A stretch of DNA of 46,033 nt, from positions 1 to 46,033 of the forward strand of contig DASRGZ010000171.1 in assembly GCA_035650735.1 (NCBI GenBank), in the 5' to 3' direction. This DNA is from Chthonomonadaceae bacterium. Its GTDB lineage: Bacteria > Armatimonadota > Chthonomonadetes > Chthonomonadales > Chthonomonadaceae. Within the stretch, counting starts at the first letter, position 1. The number at the start of each line of letters is the position of its first letter. Positions 9,376 through 18,873 of this stretch are shown here, one piece after another. The notes beneath the pieces were generated by a model that did no database searches, had not been told where the DNA came from, and saw only the letters and a list, made by a program, of their open reading frames with translations. The translations under genes and the position numbers were made by a program.

Positions 9376-9403
9376 GGGGCATGGGCTAGCTAGCCCATGC
9401 CCC
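9376..9403. repeat. Perfect 28-bp palindrome
   Basis: GGGGCATGGGCTAG|CTAGCCCATGCCCC, just downstream of the peroxiredoxin stop. Confidence 0.85.
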
Positions 9404-9432
9404 GGCAACAGGCGCGCTAGAGCGCGGCAGAG

Positions 9433-10092
9433 CTAGAGCGATTTCTTGGCGAAGTACCAGTCCTTGGCTTCTACCCCCGGCTCATGCATCCGCTTGTCGG
9501 CGCCTTCGGTAGTCTTGGGCGCCGGAACGATGACCGGCTCGCCCGGCTTCCAGTTGACCGGGGTCGAGACGGCGCTCTGATCGGTGGTCTGGAGCGCCTT
9601 GACCAGCCGCAGGATCTCGTCCACGTTGCGCCCGTTGGTCAGCGGGTAGTAGATCATGGCGCGCACGATGCCCTTATCGTCAATGATAAAGACGCAGCGC
9701 ACGGTGGCGGTGCTGCTGGCGCCGGGATGGATCATCCCATAGAGTTGGGCCACTTTCGTATCGAGGTCGGCGATCATCGGGTAGGGGATCTTGACCCCGA
9801 AGTTCTCCTCCATGTTGCGAACCCAGGCGATATGCGAGTAGACGCTGTCTATGCTCAGGCCGACTAGCTGGGCGTTGAGCGCCTGGAATTCGTCGTTGCG
9901 CCGGGCAAACTCGACGAGCTCGGTGGTGCAGACGGGGGTGAAGTCGGCGGGATGGGAGAAGAGCACGACCCATTTCCCGCGCAGGCTAGATAGGGTGAGC
10001 GTTCCCTGAGTGGTCTCGGCGGTGAAATCCGGGGCCGGTTCGTTCAGGCGCGGCAGGGAGCGCGGCGCGGCCTGGACAGTCTCGTCCGACAT
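9433..10092 (-). CDS. Peroxiredoxin (1-Cys/Prx6 type)
   Basis: LFSHPADFTPVCTTE, YYPLTNGRNVDEILR, TPVNWKPG. Confidence 0.95.
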   Translation of the reverse strand: MSDETVQAAPRSLPRLNEPAPDFTAETTQGTLTLSSLRGKWVVLFSHPADFTPVCTTELVEFARRNDEFQALNAQLVGLSIDSVYSHIAWVRNMEENFGVKIPYPMIADLDTKVAQLYGMIHPGASSTATVRCVFIIDDKGIVRAMIYYPLTNGRNVDEILRLVKALQTTDQSAVSTPVNWKPGEPVIVPAPKTTEGADKRMHEPGVEAKDWYFAKKSL

Positions 10093-10276
10093 GGCAATCT
10101 CTCCTTTTCTACTTTCAGATCGTATCTTCAGCCGACCAGGGCAGGTCCGCCTGCAGACGTGCCCTCGCCGGGGACACGCCGTCCCCGATGGCAGGGCCGG
10201 CGGTCTTGGCGAAGCGCACCTTGCGTGCTGGCAGGGCGGTTACTGGCCGCACAAATGGCGACTATCCTGACGGAAT

Positions 10277-10306
10277 AGTATAGAGTAAACCAATCCAGTT
10301 TGTCAA
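10277..10306 (-). promoter_or_regulatory. Sigma70-type promoter of the peroxiredoxin, with a ~180-nt leader
   Basis: Minus strand TTGACA-18 bp-TATACT. Confidence 0.6.
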
Positions 10307-10487
10307 GCAGCGCTATGCCCAGATCGGCCTCCCTGAAACAGTGGTTTGAGATTGCGTTATTGAGCCTCGGAAGGCAGCCATGCTTTCTTACCCTACCGGG
10401 GCGCGGCGAACGCTTCTGGCAGGTTGGGCTGCCGGCAAGGAGAAACGCCGGCCTGCGCCCTGTATACCTTTCGCCTCGAAGGTGGTC

Positions 10488-11474
10488 CTACTGCGCCGAG
10501 ACGCTCGCGCTTGCCGTCCGGCCCGCCTGGATCGCGTGCATCAGGGTCGCGGCAGCCGCGCGGTTGGGATAGCCCGTGTCCTGGGCCAGGTTGCCCAGGA
10601 GCTGGAGCGTTTTCAAGTAATCCCTGCGGATCATGGCCGGGCTGACAAAATGGCCCAGCGATATCAGCGAGCGCGGCTCGTGGGCGAGGGCGTTGACGAC
10701 CTCGCGTGGATGGGCCAGCAGCAGAGTCGTCTGCGCTTCGGCGGAGGCTTCGCCCAGTCCGCCGATGCCGCGCATGGCCAATATGTACTTTAGTACGTTG
10801 GTATCCCCGTTATGCTCATAAAGCCGCAGAAACAGATTCGGCGCGGCTAGTGCCTCAAAGAGCGAGTCGCCCGCCTTCTTCTGCAGCGCCGCCCAGCGGC
10901 GTGTGGCGGCAGTGGGGCGGGGAGCAAGCAGCGCGATCTCTTCGACATAGGGCCGGAGCAGCGCGCGCAGGTTGACTCCGTAATCCAGGTTGAAGTAGGC
11001 CAGGGTAAAGTTAATCGCGACGTTCTGCCAGGTCGCCGGGTTGGAGTAGGTCTGGCGCAGGCGCAGCAGCCGAAGCTTCAGATCGTCAGGAGACACGGCT
11101 GCCAGGTCGGCATCCGAGATGGGATCGTCCATATTGACGCCCATCGTCTGGTAGATGTCGCCATAGCTGCAGGCGCGGGAAAAGGCCAGCAGGCGCTTGA
11201 GCACCTCCCGGTCGCCGATGCCCTCTAGAGTCGCGCAGGGCGCAGACGGCATCCCGGATTCGGCCTGCTTTGTCTGCTGGGCCGGATTCTTTGCCGGAGC
11301 CGAAGCGGTAGGATGCGCCTTGGGGCTGGCTGCCTCTTTGTTGCTCTGGGATTGCGCATGGGCAGGCGCCGTCGCCGTGGGAGCGACGACCATACCGACG
11401 GCGAGGGTCAGGGTGCAGGCGGACAGGGTGACGAGCGAGAGTCGATGCGGGCGTGGGGTTGCAGGATGTTTCAT
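10488..11474 (-). CDS. Hypothetical secreted helical protein
   Basis: Long ORF with signal peptide (LSLVTLSACTLTLAVGMVV...AHA). No family recognised. Confidence 0.7.
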   Translation of the reverse strand: MKHPATPRPHRLSLVTLSACTLTLAVGMVVAPTATAPAHAQSQSNKEAASPKAHPTASAPAKNPAQQTKQAESGMPSAPCATLEGIGDREVLKRLLAFSRACSYGDIYQTMGVNMDDPISDADLAAVSPDDLKLRLLRLRQTYSNPATWQNVAINFTLAYFNLDYGVNLRALLRPYVEEIALLAPRPTAATRRWAALQKKAGDSLFEALAAPNLFLRLYEHNGDTNVLKYILAMRGIGGLGEASAEAQTTLLLAHPREVVNALAHEPRSLISLGHFVSPAMIRRDYLKTLQLLGNLAQDTGYPNRAAAATLMHAIQAGRTASASVSAQ

Positions 11475-11737
11475 ACGGAATCGTTCCTTTAAGTCTTCCT
11501 TTACGTGTGACAAAAGGTGAGATGGGAAAGGGCACTGCGCCGAGAGCCGTCAAGAGTCGGGGCGATGCAAAGCTTTGCGTCAGGACAGAGAGCCGGGCTG
11601 GTCCCTGTCTCTTAACTATTACAGCCGCTAGCGGGCTATGTGACAGTGACATTTGCTATTTTACCCGGCAATTCCTCTTTTTGGTAGCCCTCCACAGGGC
11701 CATTCTGTTTTCTTTTTGGCCCCCACCCCCTGTTCCC

Positions 11738-11868
11738 ACTGCCAGGGCCGGGGCTGCAACGGACTGCAAGGGTCGGCCCTGCCATGGTTCGGGCTACTGC
11801 TAGGGTCGGCAAGGTTACGGCCCTTGCCTCCGCCTTGCGATACCTTGCGACAGCCCTCCGCCTTGCGA
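11738..11868 (+). mobile_element. Three nested ~45-bp ACTGCnAGGG...CCTTGCGA units inside a REP-like hairpin
   Basis: Left ends at 11738, 11763 and 11796; right ends at 11840, 11850 and 11868. Un-nested lengths are 45, 43 and 43 bp. Confidence 0.75.
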
Positions 11869-12019
11869 CCCCTAGCTTTAGGAGAGGGGGAACCGAGAAG
11901 CTTTGACTCTCCCCTTCCCTGTTCTTGGGGGAGGGGTTTGCTCAGAGGGGTAGATAAGTTCGCCCGGTCTATCTCGACGACGGGCTAAAGCCCTTCGCTT
12001 TGTGGCGTTCCGCCCAGTG

Positions 12020-12064
12020 ACTGCTAGGGTCGGAACTGCGCACGCTCGTTCCTCCGCCTAGCGA
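12020..12064 (+). mobile_element. Single 45-bp unit ACTGCTAGGG...CCTAGCGA
   Basis: Outer stem GCTAGG/CCTAGC, inner stem GGAAC/GTTCC. Confidence 0.75.
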
Positions 12065-12245
12065 CGCCCTTGCGGACACGTACCGCCTGAGAGCCTGGTA
12101 CGTCTCCCCGTAGGGGCAGACTGGGCCGTAGGCCACACAGCGAGGGAATGGATTCCCTTGTGGCAGAGGCACCGAACGGGCATACCTGCCCCTCTGAGGG
12201 AGGGGGTTGGAGGTGGGGGCCAGAGTGGATTTCGCCCAACGCTGC

Positions 12246-14711
12246 TTAGGCGCTATCGCCGGGCAGCAGCGCAAGGTTGAGCACCTCGTCCATGTGCGCC
12301 ACATGCCGGAAGCACATCTCCTCCCGCACGTTCTCCGGCAGCTCTTCCAGGTCTTTCTCGTTCTCCTTGGGCAGCAGGACGGTGCGGATACCGGCCCGGT
12401 GCGCCGCCAGCGCTTTCTCCTTGACGCCGCCAACCGGCAGCACGCGCCCGCGCAGCGTGATCTCGCCGGTCATCGCCACATCTTTGCGGACGGGGCGGCG
12501 CGTCAATGCCGAGGCGATGGCGGTGGCGATGGTGATGCCGGCGGAGGGGCCGTCTTTGGGCACGCCGCCCGCCGGGACGTGGACATGGACATCCAGCTTA
12601 CGATAGAAATCCTCGTCCACGCCCAGCGCTGCCGCCCGGGAGCGCACGAACGAGAACGCCGTCTGCGCCGACTCCTTCATCACGTCGCCTAGCTGGCCGG
12701 TCAACTGTACGCGCCCTTCGTGGCCCTTGAGCAGGCTCACCTCAATGGTCACGATGTCGCCGCCAAACTCGGTATAGACCAGCCCGGTCGCCGCCGCGAC
12801 CTCGTCCTTCTCCTCCATCACGCCGTAGTGATAGCGGCGCTGGCCCAGATATTCCTTTAAATCCGGGGCATCTATGGTCACGTGGCCCACCTGGCCGCCC
12901 GCCACCTGCCGCGCCACCTTGCGGCACAGCGTCGCTATCTCGCGCTCCAGGTTGCGAACTCCCGCCTCGCGCGTATATTCCCGAATCAGCTGGCGCAGCG
13001 CCGCTTCGGTGAGGGTCAGGTGCTCGGCGGTAAGGCCGTGATCTTTGCGCTGCTTGGGCACCAGGAAGCGGGTGGCAATGGCTAGCTTCTCCTCCTCCGT
13101 ATAGCCCGAGAACGCGATGACCTCCATGCGGTCCTTGAGGGCGGCGGGGATGGGATCGAGGAGGTTGGCGGTCATCACAAACATCACGTCCGAGAGGTCG
13201 AAGGGCACCTCCAGGTAGTGGTCGCTAAACTCGTGGTTCTGCTCCGGGTCGAGCGCTTCCAGCAGGGCGCTGGAGGGGTCGCCCCGAAAGTCCATGCCGA
13301 GCTTATCAATCTCGTCGAGCATGAAGACCGGGTTGCGGACGCCCGTCTGCTTGATTCCCTGGATGATCCGGCCCGGCAGCGCGCCGATATAGGTGCGGCG
13401 GTGGCCGCGTATCTCGGCCTCGTCGCGCACGCCGCCCAGCGACACGCGAATGAACTTGCGCCCCAGGGCGCGGGCAATGCTCTTGCCCAACGAGGTCTTG
13501 CCGACTCCGGGCGGGCCGACAAAGCAGAGAATGGGGCCGCGCGTCGTGCCGGTCAGCTTGCGCACGGCCAGGAATTCGACGATGCGCTCCTTGACCTTTT
13601 CCAGCCCGTAATGGTCTTCCTCCAGGACGTGCGCCGCCTCTTCCACATCAATGTTGTCCGGCGTGATCTTGTTCCAGGGCAGCGCCACCAGCCAGTCCAG
13701 GTAGGTGCGGATGACCACGCCCTCCGGCGCGGCAAACGGCATCTTCTCCAGGCGGTCTACTTCCCGGTTGGCCCGCTCCACCGCCGCCTCGGGCATGCCG
13801 GCAGCGGCGATCTTGGCGCGGTACTCCTCCAGTTCGCCGCCGCGCTCGTCGCGCTCACCGAGCTCCTGCTGGATGGCCCGCATCTGTTCGCGCAGGATGA
13901 ACTCGCGCTGGGTCTCGCCCATCTCCTTCTCAACGCGGGTGCGGATATGCTTCTGAATTTCGAGTATCTCCGCTTCCTTCTTGAGAACCAGGGAGAGCTT
14001 GTTCAGCCGCTCCTTGACATCCAGCGTTTCTAGGATCTCCTGTTGCTGATCGACGCGCATCTGGCGCAGATAGGGCGTGATGACATCGGCCAGCCGGCCC
14101 GGCTCGTCCGTGTTGACGACATTGATCAGTGCTTCCGGCTGGATGTTCTTGCCGATGCTGACCACGTGCTCGAACTGAGCCACGACGTTGCGCATCAGCG
14201 CCTCGGTGGGCAGGTCTTTGGACTCGTCGGTGGGCAGCGGCTCGACCTGGACGCGATAGAACGGCTCGGCTTGCAGATACTTGGTGATGCGGCAGCGCTC
14301 CAGTCCCTCGAACATCACGCGCACGGTGCCGTCGGGCACGCGCAGTATCTGCATGATCTCGGCGACAATGCCGATGGAGTAGATGTCTTCCGGGTCGGGG
14401 TCTTCGGCCTGCAAGTTCCGCTGCGCGACAATGAAGATGCGGCGGTGCCCGGCGGCGGCCTCTTCCAGGGCGCGCACCGACTTTTCCCGTCCGACAAGCA
14501 GCGGGAAAATCATATGGGGAAAATAGACCTGATCGCGTATGGGCAATAGCGGCAGCGCCAGCGGGAATGCCGGGGTAGCGGGCTCGATCTCCGCCCCGGA
14601 TGGCGCCAGCGCTCTGGCATTTCGGGAGGACGCCGTTCCCGGGGTGGGCGCGGACGTCTGCAGGGTCTGCTCTGCCTTGCCGGCAGGGCCGCTCTGTTTT
14701 TTGCGGGGCAT
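12246..14711 (-). CDS. lon: ATP-dependent Lon protease
   Basis: LON N domain ([10 protein letters not shown]), [34 protein letters not shown] catalytic Ser, GGVKEK. Confidence 0.98.
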   Translation of the reverse strand: MPRKKQSGPAGKAEQTLQTSAPTPGTASSRNARALAPSGAEIEPATPAFPLALPLLPIRDQVYFPHMIFPLLVGREKSVRALEEAAAGHRRIFIVAQRNLQAEDPDPEDIYSIGIVAEIMQILRVPDGTVRVMFEGLERCRITKYLQAEPFYRVQVEPLPTDESKDLPTEALMRNVVAQFEHVVSIGKNIQPEALINVVNTDEPGRLADVITPYLRQMRVDQQQEILETLDVKERLNKLSLVLKKEAEILEIQKHIRTRVEKEMGETQREFILREQMRAIQQELGERDERGGELEEYRAKIAAAGMPEAAVERANREVDRLEKMPFAAPEGVVIRTYLDWLVALPWNKITPDNIDVEEAAHVLEEDHYGLEKVKERIVEFLAVRKLTGTTRGPILCFVGPPGVGKTSLGKSIARALGRKFIRVSLGGVRDEAEIRGHRRTYIGALPGRIIQGIKQTGVRNPVFMLDEIDKLGMDFRGDPSSALLEALDPEQNHEFSDHYLEVPFDLSDVMFVMTANLLDPIPAALKDRMEVIAFSGYTEEEKLAIATRFLVPKQRKDHGLTAEHLTLTEAALRQLIREYTREAGVRNLEREIATLCRKVARQVAGGQVGHVTIDAPDLKEYLGQRRYHYGVMEEKDEVAAATGLVYTEFGGDIVTIEVSLLKGHEGRVQLTGQLGDVMKESAQTAFSFVRSRAAALGVDEDFYRKLDVHVHVPAGGVPKDGPSAGITIATAIASALTRRPVRKDVAMTGEITLRGRVLPVGGVKEKALAAHRAGIRTVLLPKENEKDLEELPENVREEMCFRHVAHMDEVLNLALLPGDSA

Positions 14712-14806
14712 GGTTAAGCTCTCCCCTCCTGTCTGGTTTGCCTGGCAAATTTCGCGAAAGCAGGGCCGAATTCCTTTTCAAGAGCCTTAAAGACAGATCC
14801 TTCAGC

Positions 14807-14905
14807 CGGGCCATGAATGAACCGTCTGCGTGGCCTACGGCCAAGCGACTGCAAGGGACGCCGCTCAACGGCTCGCGGCTCGGCCTTGCGACTAGCGGAC
14901 GCACC
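14807..14905 (+). mobile_element. Dispersed host repeat (GGGCCATGAATGA..CCGTCTG..GGCCTACGGCCAAGCG / ACT.GCGGACG) carrying a 44-bp unit at 14848-14891
   Basis: Homologous copies at 35466-35637 and 43034-43109. Confidence 0.75.
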
Positions 14906-15138
14906 GTTTCGGAAGGGTCTTCCCGTTCTACAAAGATATCCACCTGCCGATAGGCCCGTTTTCCCGTCCGAAGGACGGTTGGCGGCGTAGCCGTCCCCCA
15001 GACGGGTATTTCAATGCCCGGCTGGGTGGCCTGCAACAACTGGCATGGTTTATGCAAGCCTGCATTATTACAGGTAACCAGGCTCTATCTGTGTATCCCT
15101 GCATGCAGTCAACCGAGCTTACGAAAGGAGACCCATCC

Positions 15139-16050
15139 ATGCGTAGCAAGTCCTTACTCACAGTGATTTGCTCTGTCATGCTCGGCAGCCTCGTGCTAGG
15201 ACCGACCCATGCACAGCAGATCTTCAGCGGCGTCGGCGCGGGCGCAGCCACAGCCTTTCAGGACATGAAAAACGCTATCGGCGGCGTCAATAACGGTGGC
15301 GGAGGCGGGCCGCAGGTTGGCGGCTTCCGCACCATTGACTGGGACGCCGTCAAGCTCGACGGCACCGATTTTGGCGGCAACACCACCGTCATTGACCTCA
15401 ACCATACCATCGGCATCCCTACCAACCGATTCCAGGCGCGCGGCCTCGTCTTCGCGGAGGAATACTCCGTCAGCGGCGACCAGTTCGCCACCGTCAACCC
15501 GGACACGGCGACAAATTTTAACTTCTTCAGTCCCAGCAACACCTTCGTTATGTTCGATGCCTCCAGCGATAAGTTCGATGACCGCTTCATCGATCAGCAC
15601 TTTACCTTCGCGGGCACGCCCAACCAGGCCGGCACGCGCGGCTTCGGCGCGATCTTTAACGATGTAGAGCGGGCCGGTTCCAGCAGCATCGAGTATTTCG
15701 GCCACGACGCCAACGGCAACTTGGTCAGCCTGGGCAAATTCGATGTGCCGGTTGGAGCCAGCGGAGAGTCGGAGTTCCTGGGCGTGCTGTTCGCTCAGCC
15801 TATCGTCACGGATGTCACCCTGACCGTTGGCGACAAAACGCTGTTTAATTTCGACGGCGCCACCTTCCACTCGTTTGGCCCAGAAGATCCAGCGGGTGGC
15901 ACTGACCTCGTGATCACGGATGACTTCCTCTTTGCGGAGGCGACCACGTTCGTCACCGTTGTGCCGGAGCCTTCGGCAGCGGCAGTGCTGGCCTGCGGGG
16001 TTCTGCTGCTAACGGCGCAGCGGGTTCGCCGCCACCGGCGACGCCGCTAA
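15139..16050 (+). CDS. PEP-CTERM sorting-domain surface protein
   Basis: AAAGGAG RBS, signal peptide ending THA, C-terminal VPEPS + TM helix + Arg cluster. Confidence 0.92.
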   Translation: MRSKSLLTVICSVMLGSLVLGPTHAQQIFSGVGAGAATAFQDMKNAIGGVNNGGGGGPQVGGFRTIDWDAVKLDGTDFGGNTTVIDLNHTIGIPTNRFQARGLVFAEEYSVSGDQFATVNPDTATNFNFFSPSNTFVMFDASSDKFDDRFIDQHFTFAGTPNQAGTRGFGAIFNDVERAGSSSIEYFGHDANGNLVSLGKFDVPVGASGESEFLGVLFAQPIVTDVTLTVGDKTLFNFDGATFHSFGPEDPAGGTDLVITDDFLFAEATTFVTVVPEPSAAAVLACGVLLLTAQRVRRHRRRR

Positions 16051-16082
16051 CCATTCGTCTCGCAAGAGATAGAGCTGCCCTG

Positions 16083-16114
16083 TAGGCACCGTCCTGAATT
16101 CAGGACGGTGCCTA
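16083..16114. repeat. Perfect 32-bp palindrome with GTAG at the left end (REP-like)
   Basis: TAGGCACCGTCCTGAA|TTCAGGACGGTGCCTA, with a second hairpin at about 16123-16155. Confidence 0.85.
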
Positions 16115-16548
16115 GCGAAAAAATGGCCCGGCGTTCTGCTGACAGCGCCGGGCCAAGAACCAACAGAAGAGACAGAACAGATTGCAAATCAAACACCACT
16201 GATGTTATGCCCGTTTTGAGGCTCACCCTGATTCATCACAAATGCCAGTTCTTTAGTAGACATTTTCCCCTGCTGCCGGTCTTTGGGCAAAATTCCTGGT
16301 ATCCGTGCTCGTTTTGGGCCTAACTCCCGCCCCACAGACCTCATCCTCGCACTTGTGCTATCCGCTTCCGCCTCCCTCCGATGGAACGACAGAAACGACT
16401 CCGGTAGGTAGTCCTTTCGGCCCTGTGCTCTCTCCTGCGGTTGCGGCGTGCTATTGCCTGCGTCCGCGACAGGAAGACCGAAACGGACTGTCTGGAGCCC
16501 AATCTGTAGATTACCGTTTTCTGTTGCGACCCTACGGAGGAGCCCGAA

Positions 16549-18042
16549 TTGGCTTTGCAATTCAATACCAATCTGGACGCCCTCACGGCGACCTTCAACC
16601 TGCTCAAAGTTTCGTCCGCCATCAGCACATCCATCCAGCGGCTCAGCTCCGGCCTGCGCATCAACAGCGCCGCCGACGACCCGGCCGGGCTCGTTATCGC
16701 CAACAGCCTTCAGGCGCAGGTAGATGGCCTCAACCAGGCCCTAGAAAATAACCAGGATAGCATCAACCTGGTGAAGACGGCTTCGAGCGGAATGGATGAG
16801 ATCAACTCTCTGCTCGATACTATCCGGCAGAAGGCGCTGGATGCCGCCAACACGGGAGCGACCGATCCCACCGCTGCCCAGGCAGACCAGACGGCCATCC
16901 AATCGGCCATCCAGTCCATCAATAACATCGCCTCCAGCACCCAATACGGCTCCAAGAAGCTGCTGGATGGCTCTGCGGGCGTCACCGCCGCCGTCACCAA
17001 CAGCACTCTGATCGGCGGCATTAACTTCGGCGGCACCTATGGCGGCGGCGTGACGCAGGCCGGCAACGTGACCATCACCGTCAACAACGCCGCCACCCGC
17101 GCCCAGGTCAGCGGCGGCACGGCGGCCACCTATGCCAGCGTCAACGCCTCCATTTCGACGGTGAACGGCACGACGACTGGCACCGGAGGCACGGTGGTCA
17201 TCAACGGCCAGACCGTCACCGTTAGCGGCACGGATACCGTCCAGACCCTCATTGACAAAATCAATGCGCTGACCGGCACGACCGGCGTCGCGGCCAACTT
17301 TGTGTCGGCCAACGGCTCCGGCAGCATCACCCTGACCAACCAGAACTATGGGGCCAATTTCAAAATCACCGAGTCGGAAACGGCGGCGTTGATCGCCGGC
17401 ACGGCCGGCACGACGGTGGCCGGGCTGAACGCGACGGTGACGGTGCAGGCCTCTACGCTGGTAGGCGGCAACGTGACGACGGTGGTGGCGACCTTTACCG
17501 GCGGGCGCTATGCCTCCGATTCTGGGTTGCGCGTTACCGATACCAACGGCAATTCCATCCTGTTGACGGAAGCGGGCAACAACACCAGCACCTCCAGCAA
17601 AGCAGTGGGCGCGGTGACCGCCAACTCATTGCAGTTCCAGATCGGCGGCGGCGTGGGCCAGACGGCCAACATCGCGCTCAACAGCGTCTTTGCCTCGAAC
17701 CTGGGCACCACCTCCGTGCCCGGCCAGACGCTCGCCACCATTGATGTCACGACCACGACCGGCGCCAACAACGCCCTGCAGATCGTCGGCGAGGCCCAGA
17801 ATCAGATCAACCAGTACCAAGCGCAATTGGGCGGATTCCAGGACAACGTACTCCAGGCCACCAACGACTATCTCAACAATAGCGTGCTGAACCTGACCGC
17901 CTCCATCACTAATATCACCGGGGCCAACATCGCTCAGGAGGTCATGAACCTGACCACCAACCAGTTGATCCAGCAAGCAGGCGCCTCGGCGCTGGCTACA
18001 GCCGAGAACCTGCCCGCCATCTATCTCAAGCTCCTCTCCTAA
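16549..18042 (+). CDS. Flagellin (orphan, divergent C-terminus)
   Basis: FNTN, RLSSGLRINSAADDPAGL, QFQIG. TTG start after GGAGGAG; Thr/Gly-rich variable region. Confidence 0.93.
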   Translation: MALQFNTNLDALTATFNLLKVSSAISTSIQRLSSGLRINSAADDPAGLVIANSLQAQVDGLNQALENNQDSINLVKTASSGMDEINSLLDTIRQKALDAANTGATDPTAAQADQTAIQSAIQSINNIASSTQYGSKKLLDGSAGVTAAVTNSTLIGGINFGGTYGGGVTQAGNVTITVNNAATRAQVSGGTAATYASVNASISTVNGTTTGTGGTVVINGQTVTVSGTDTVQTLIDKINALTGTTGVAANFVSANGSGSITLTNQNYGANFKITESETAALIAGTAGTTVAGLNATVTVQASTLVGGNVTTVVATFTGGRYASDSGLRVTDTNGNSILLTEAGNNTSTSSKAVGAVTANSLQFQIGGGVGQTANIALNSVFASNLGTTSVPGQTLATIDVTTTTGANNALQIVGEAQNQINQYQAQLGGFQDNVLQATNDYLNNSVLNLTASITNITGANIAQEVMNLTTNQLIQQAGASALATAENLPAIYLKLLS

Positions 18043-18083
18043 AGGCCGTTGCGAGGCGGCTTGCCTGCCCGCTAGTCCGTTGG

Positions 18084-18614
18084 CTATAGCCCGGCTGCCG
18101 CCAGCAGCCGGGCGATGATCTCAGCCCAGCGTTCCGGGTGCGACTCATGGCGGTGCTCCGGGACGAAGCCCAGGTTCTGATAGGTCTTGATGGCCGCCAG
18201 GCGGTGATCATCCGTTTCCAGCACGGCATCCTTGCAGCCGCGCCGGACGAACTCGTGGAGTACGGCCAGCGTGACGGCATAGCCGAGGCGCTGCCCGCGA
18301 TGGTCCGGGTCTGCGGCGACCCAATGCACGTAGCCGGAACCGGGGTACTGATCCGGCAAAAGCCGCGCCGAGGCGGTGGCGACAGGTATGCCCTGATAAT
18401 CAATCACGAACGTCTTGACGACGTCGGGCGCATTTATCAGGGCCTGACGCACTTTTTCCGGCGTCCACTGCGGGTCCTCAAAGGCTTTGCGCATCAGCGC
18501 GGCCAGCCCCTCCAGGTCGCCTGGCTGATATTCGCGCAGCGTGTAGCCGGGCGGCAAGGGAGGTATAGGAGGCAGGTCGTCCAGGTTGGGACGGCGCATC
18601 AACAGTTGGTGCAT
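18084..18614 (-). CDS. GNAT acetyltransferase
   Basis: VHWVAADPDHRGQRLG motif A; AIKTYQNLGF. Confidence 0.9.
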   Translation of the reverse strand: MHQLLMRRPNLDDLPPIPPLPPGYTLREYQPGDLEGLAALMRKAFEDPQWTPEKVRQALINAPDVVKTFVIDYQGIPVATASARLLPDQYPGSGYVHWVAADPDHRGQRLGYAVTLAVLHEFVRRGCKDAVLETDDHRLAAIKTYQNLGFVPEHRHESHPERWAEIIARLLAAAGL

Positions 18615-18646
18615 GGTGTTTCCTCACAGCTATAAGCAGCTTTAAC

Positions 18647-18830
18647 GCGGCAGGCTAAACCCTGCCGCTGTGGGGCCTACGGCCCAGGCGCCCGGCCCTA
18701 AAGGACCGGGCTGCGGACGGCAGCCCCATAAATGGGGCTGCCAGAGGTCGGTCAGTCCTCTTCAAGGGCTACCAGAAAGGAGAGCCCCCTTCAGGGGGCT
18801 TGCCGTCCGCAGCCCACCCCTTCAGGGGTG
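18647..18830. repeat. Cluster of REP-like hairpins
   Basis: Family A copy at 18647-18669; inverted repeat GGGCTGCGGACGGCA at 18708-18722 and 18801-18815; AGCCCC..GGGGCT hairpins. Confidence 0.8.
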
Positions 18831-18873
18831 ACTGCCAGCAATTACCGTAGACACTCTAAGAGAGCGGGAGAAC

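Noticed and set aside
11969..12433. ORFs sharing peptides such as SVRSSDPSS, SREPLSGVP and TDGSFMARL with ORFs near 14.8 and 35.5 kb
   Set aside because: The shared peptides are translations of the dispersed DNA repeats, not a protein family.
13930..15057. 375-aa minus-strand ORF overlapping lon
   Set aside because: Out-of-frame overlap with lon running through intergenic repeats; Arg/Ala/Gly-rich shadow composition.
16358..16386. Sigma28 promoter for the flagellin (CTAT-15-TCCGATGG)
   Set aside because: Too many mismatches to TAAA-N15-GCCGATAA to call from sequence alone.
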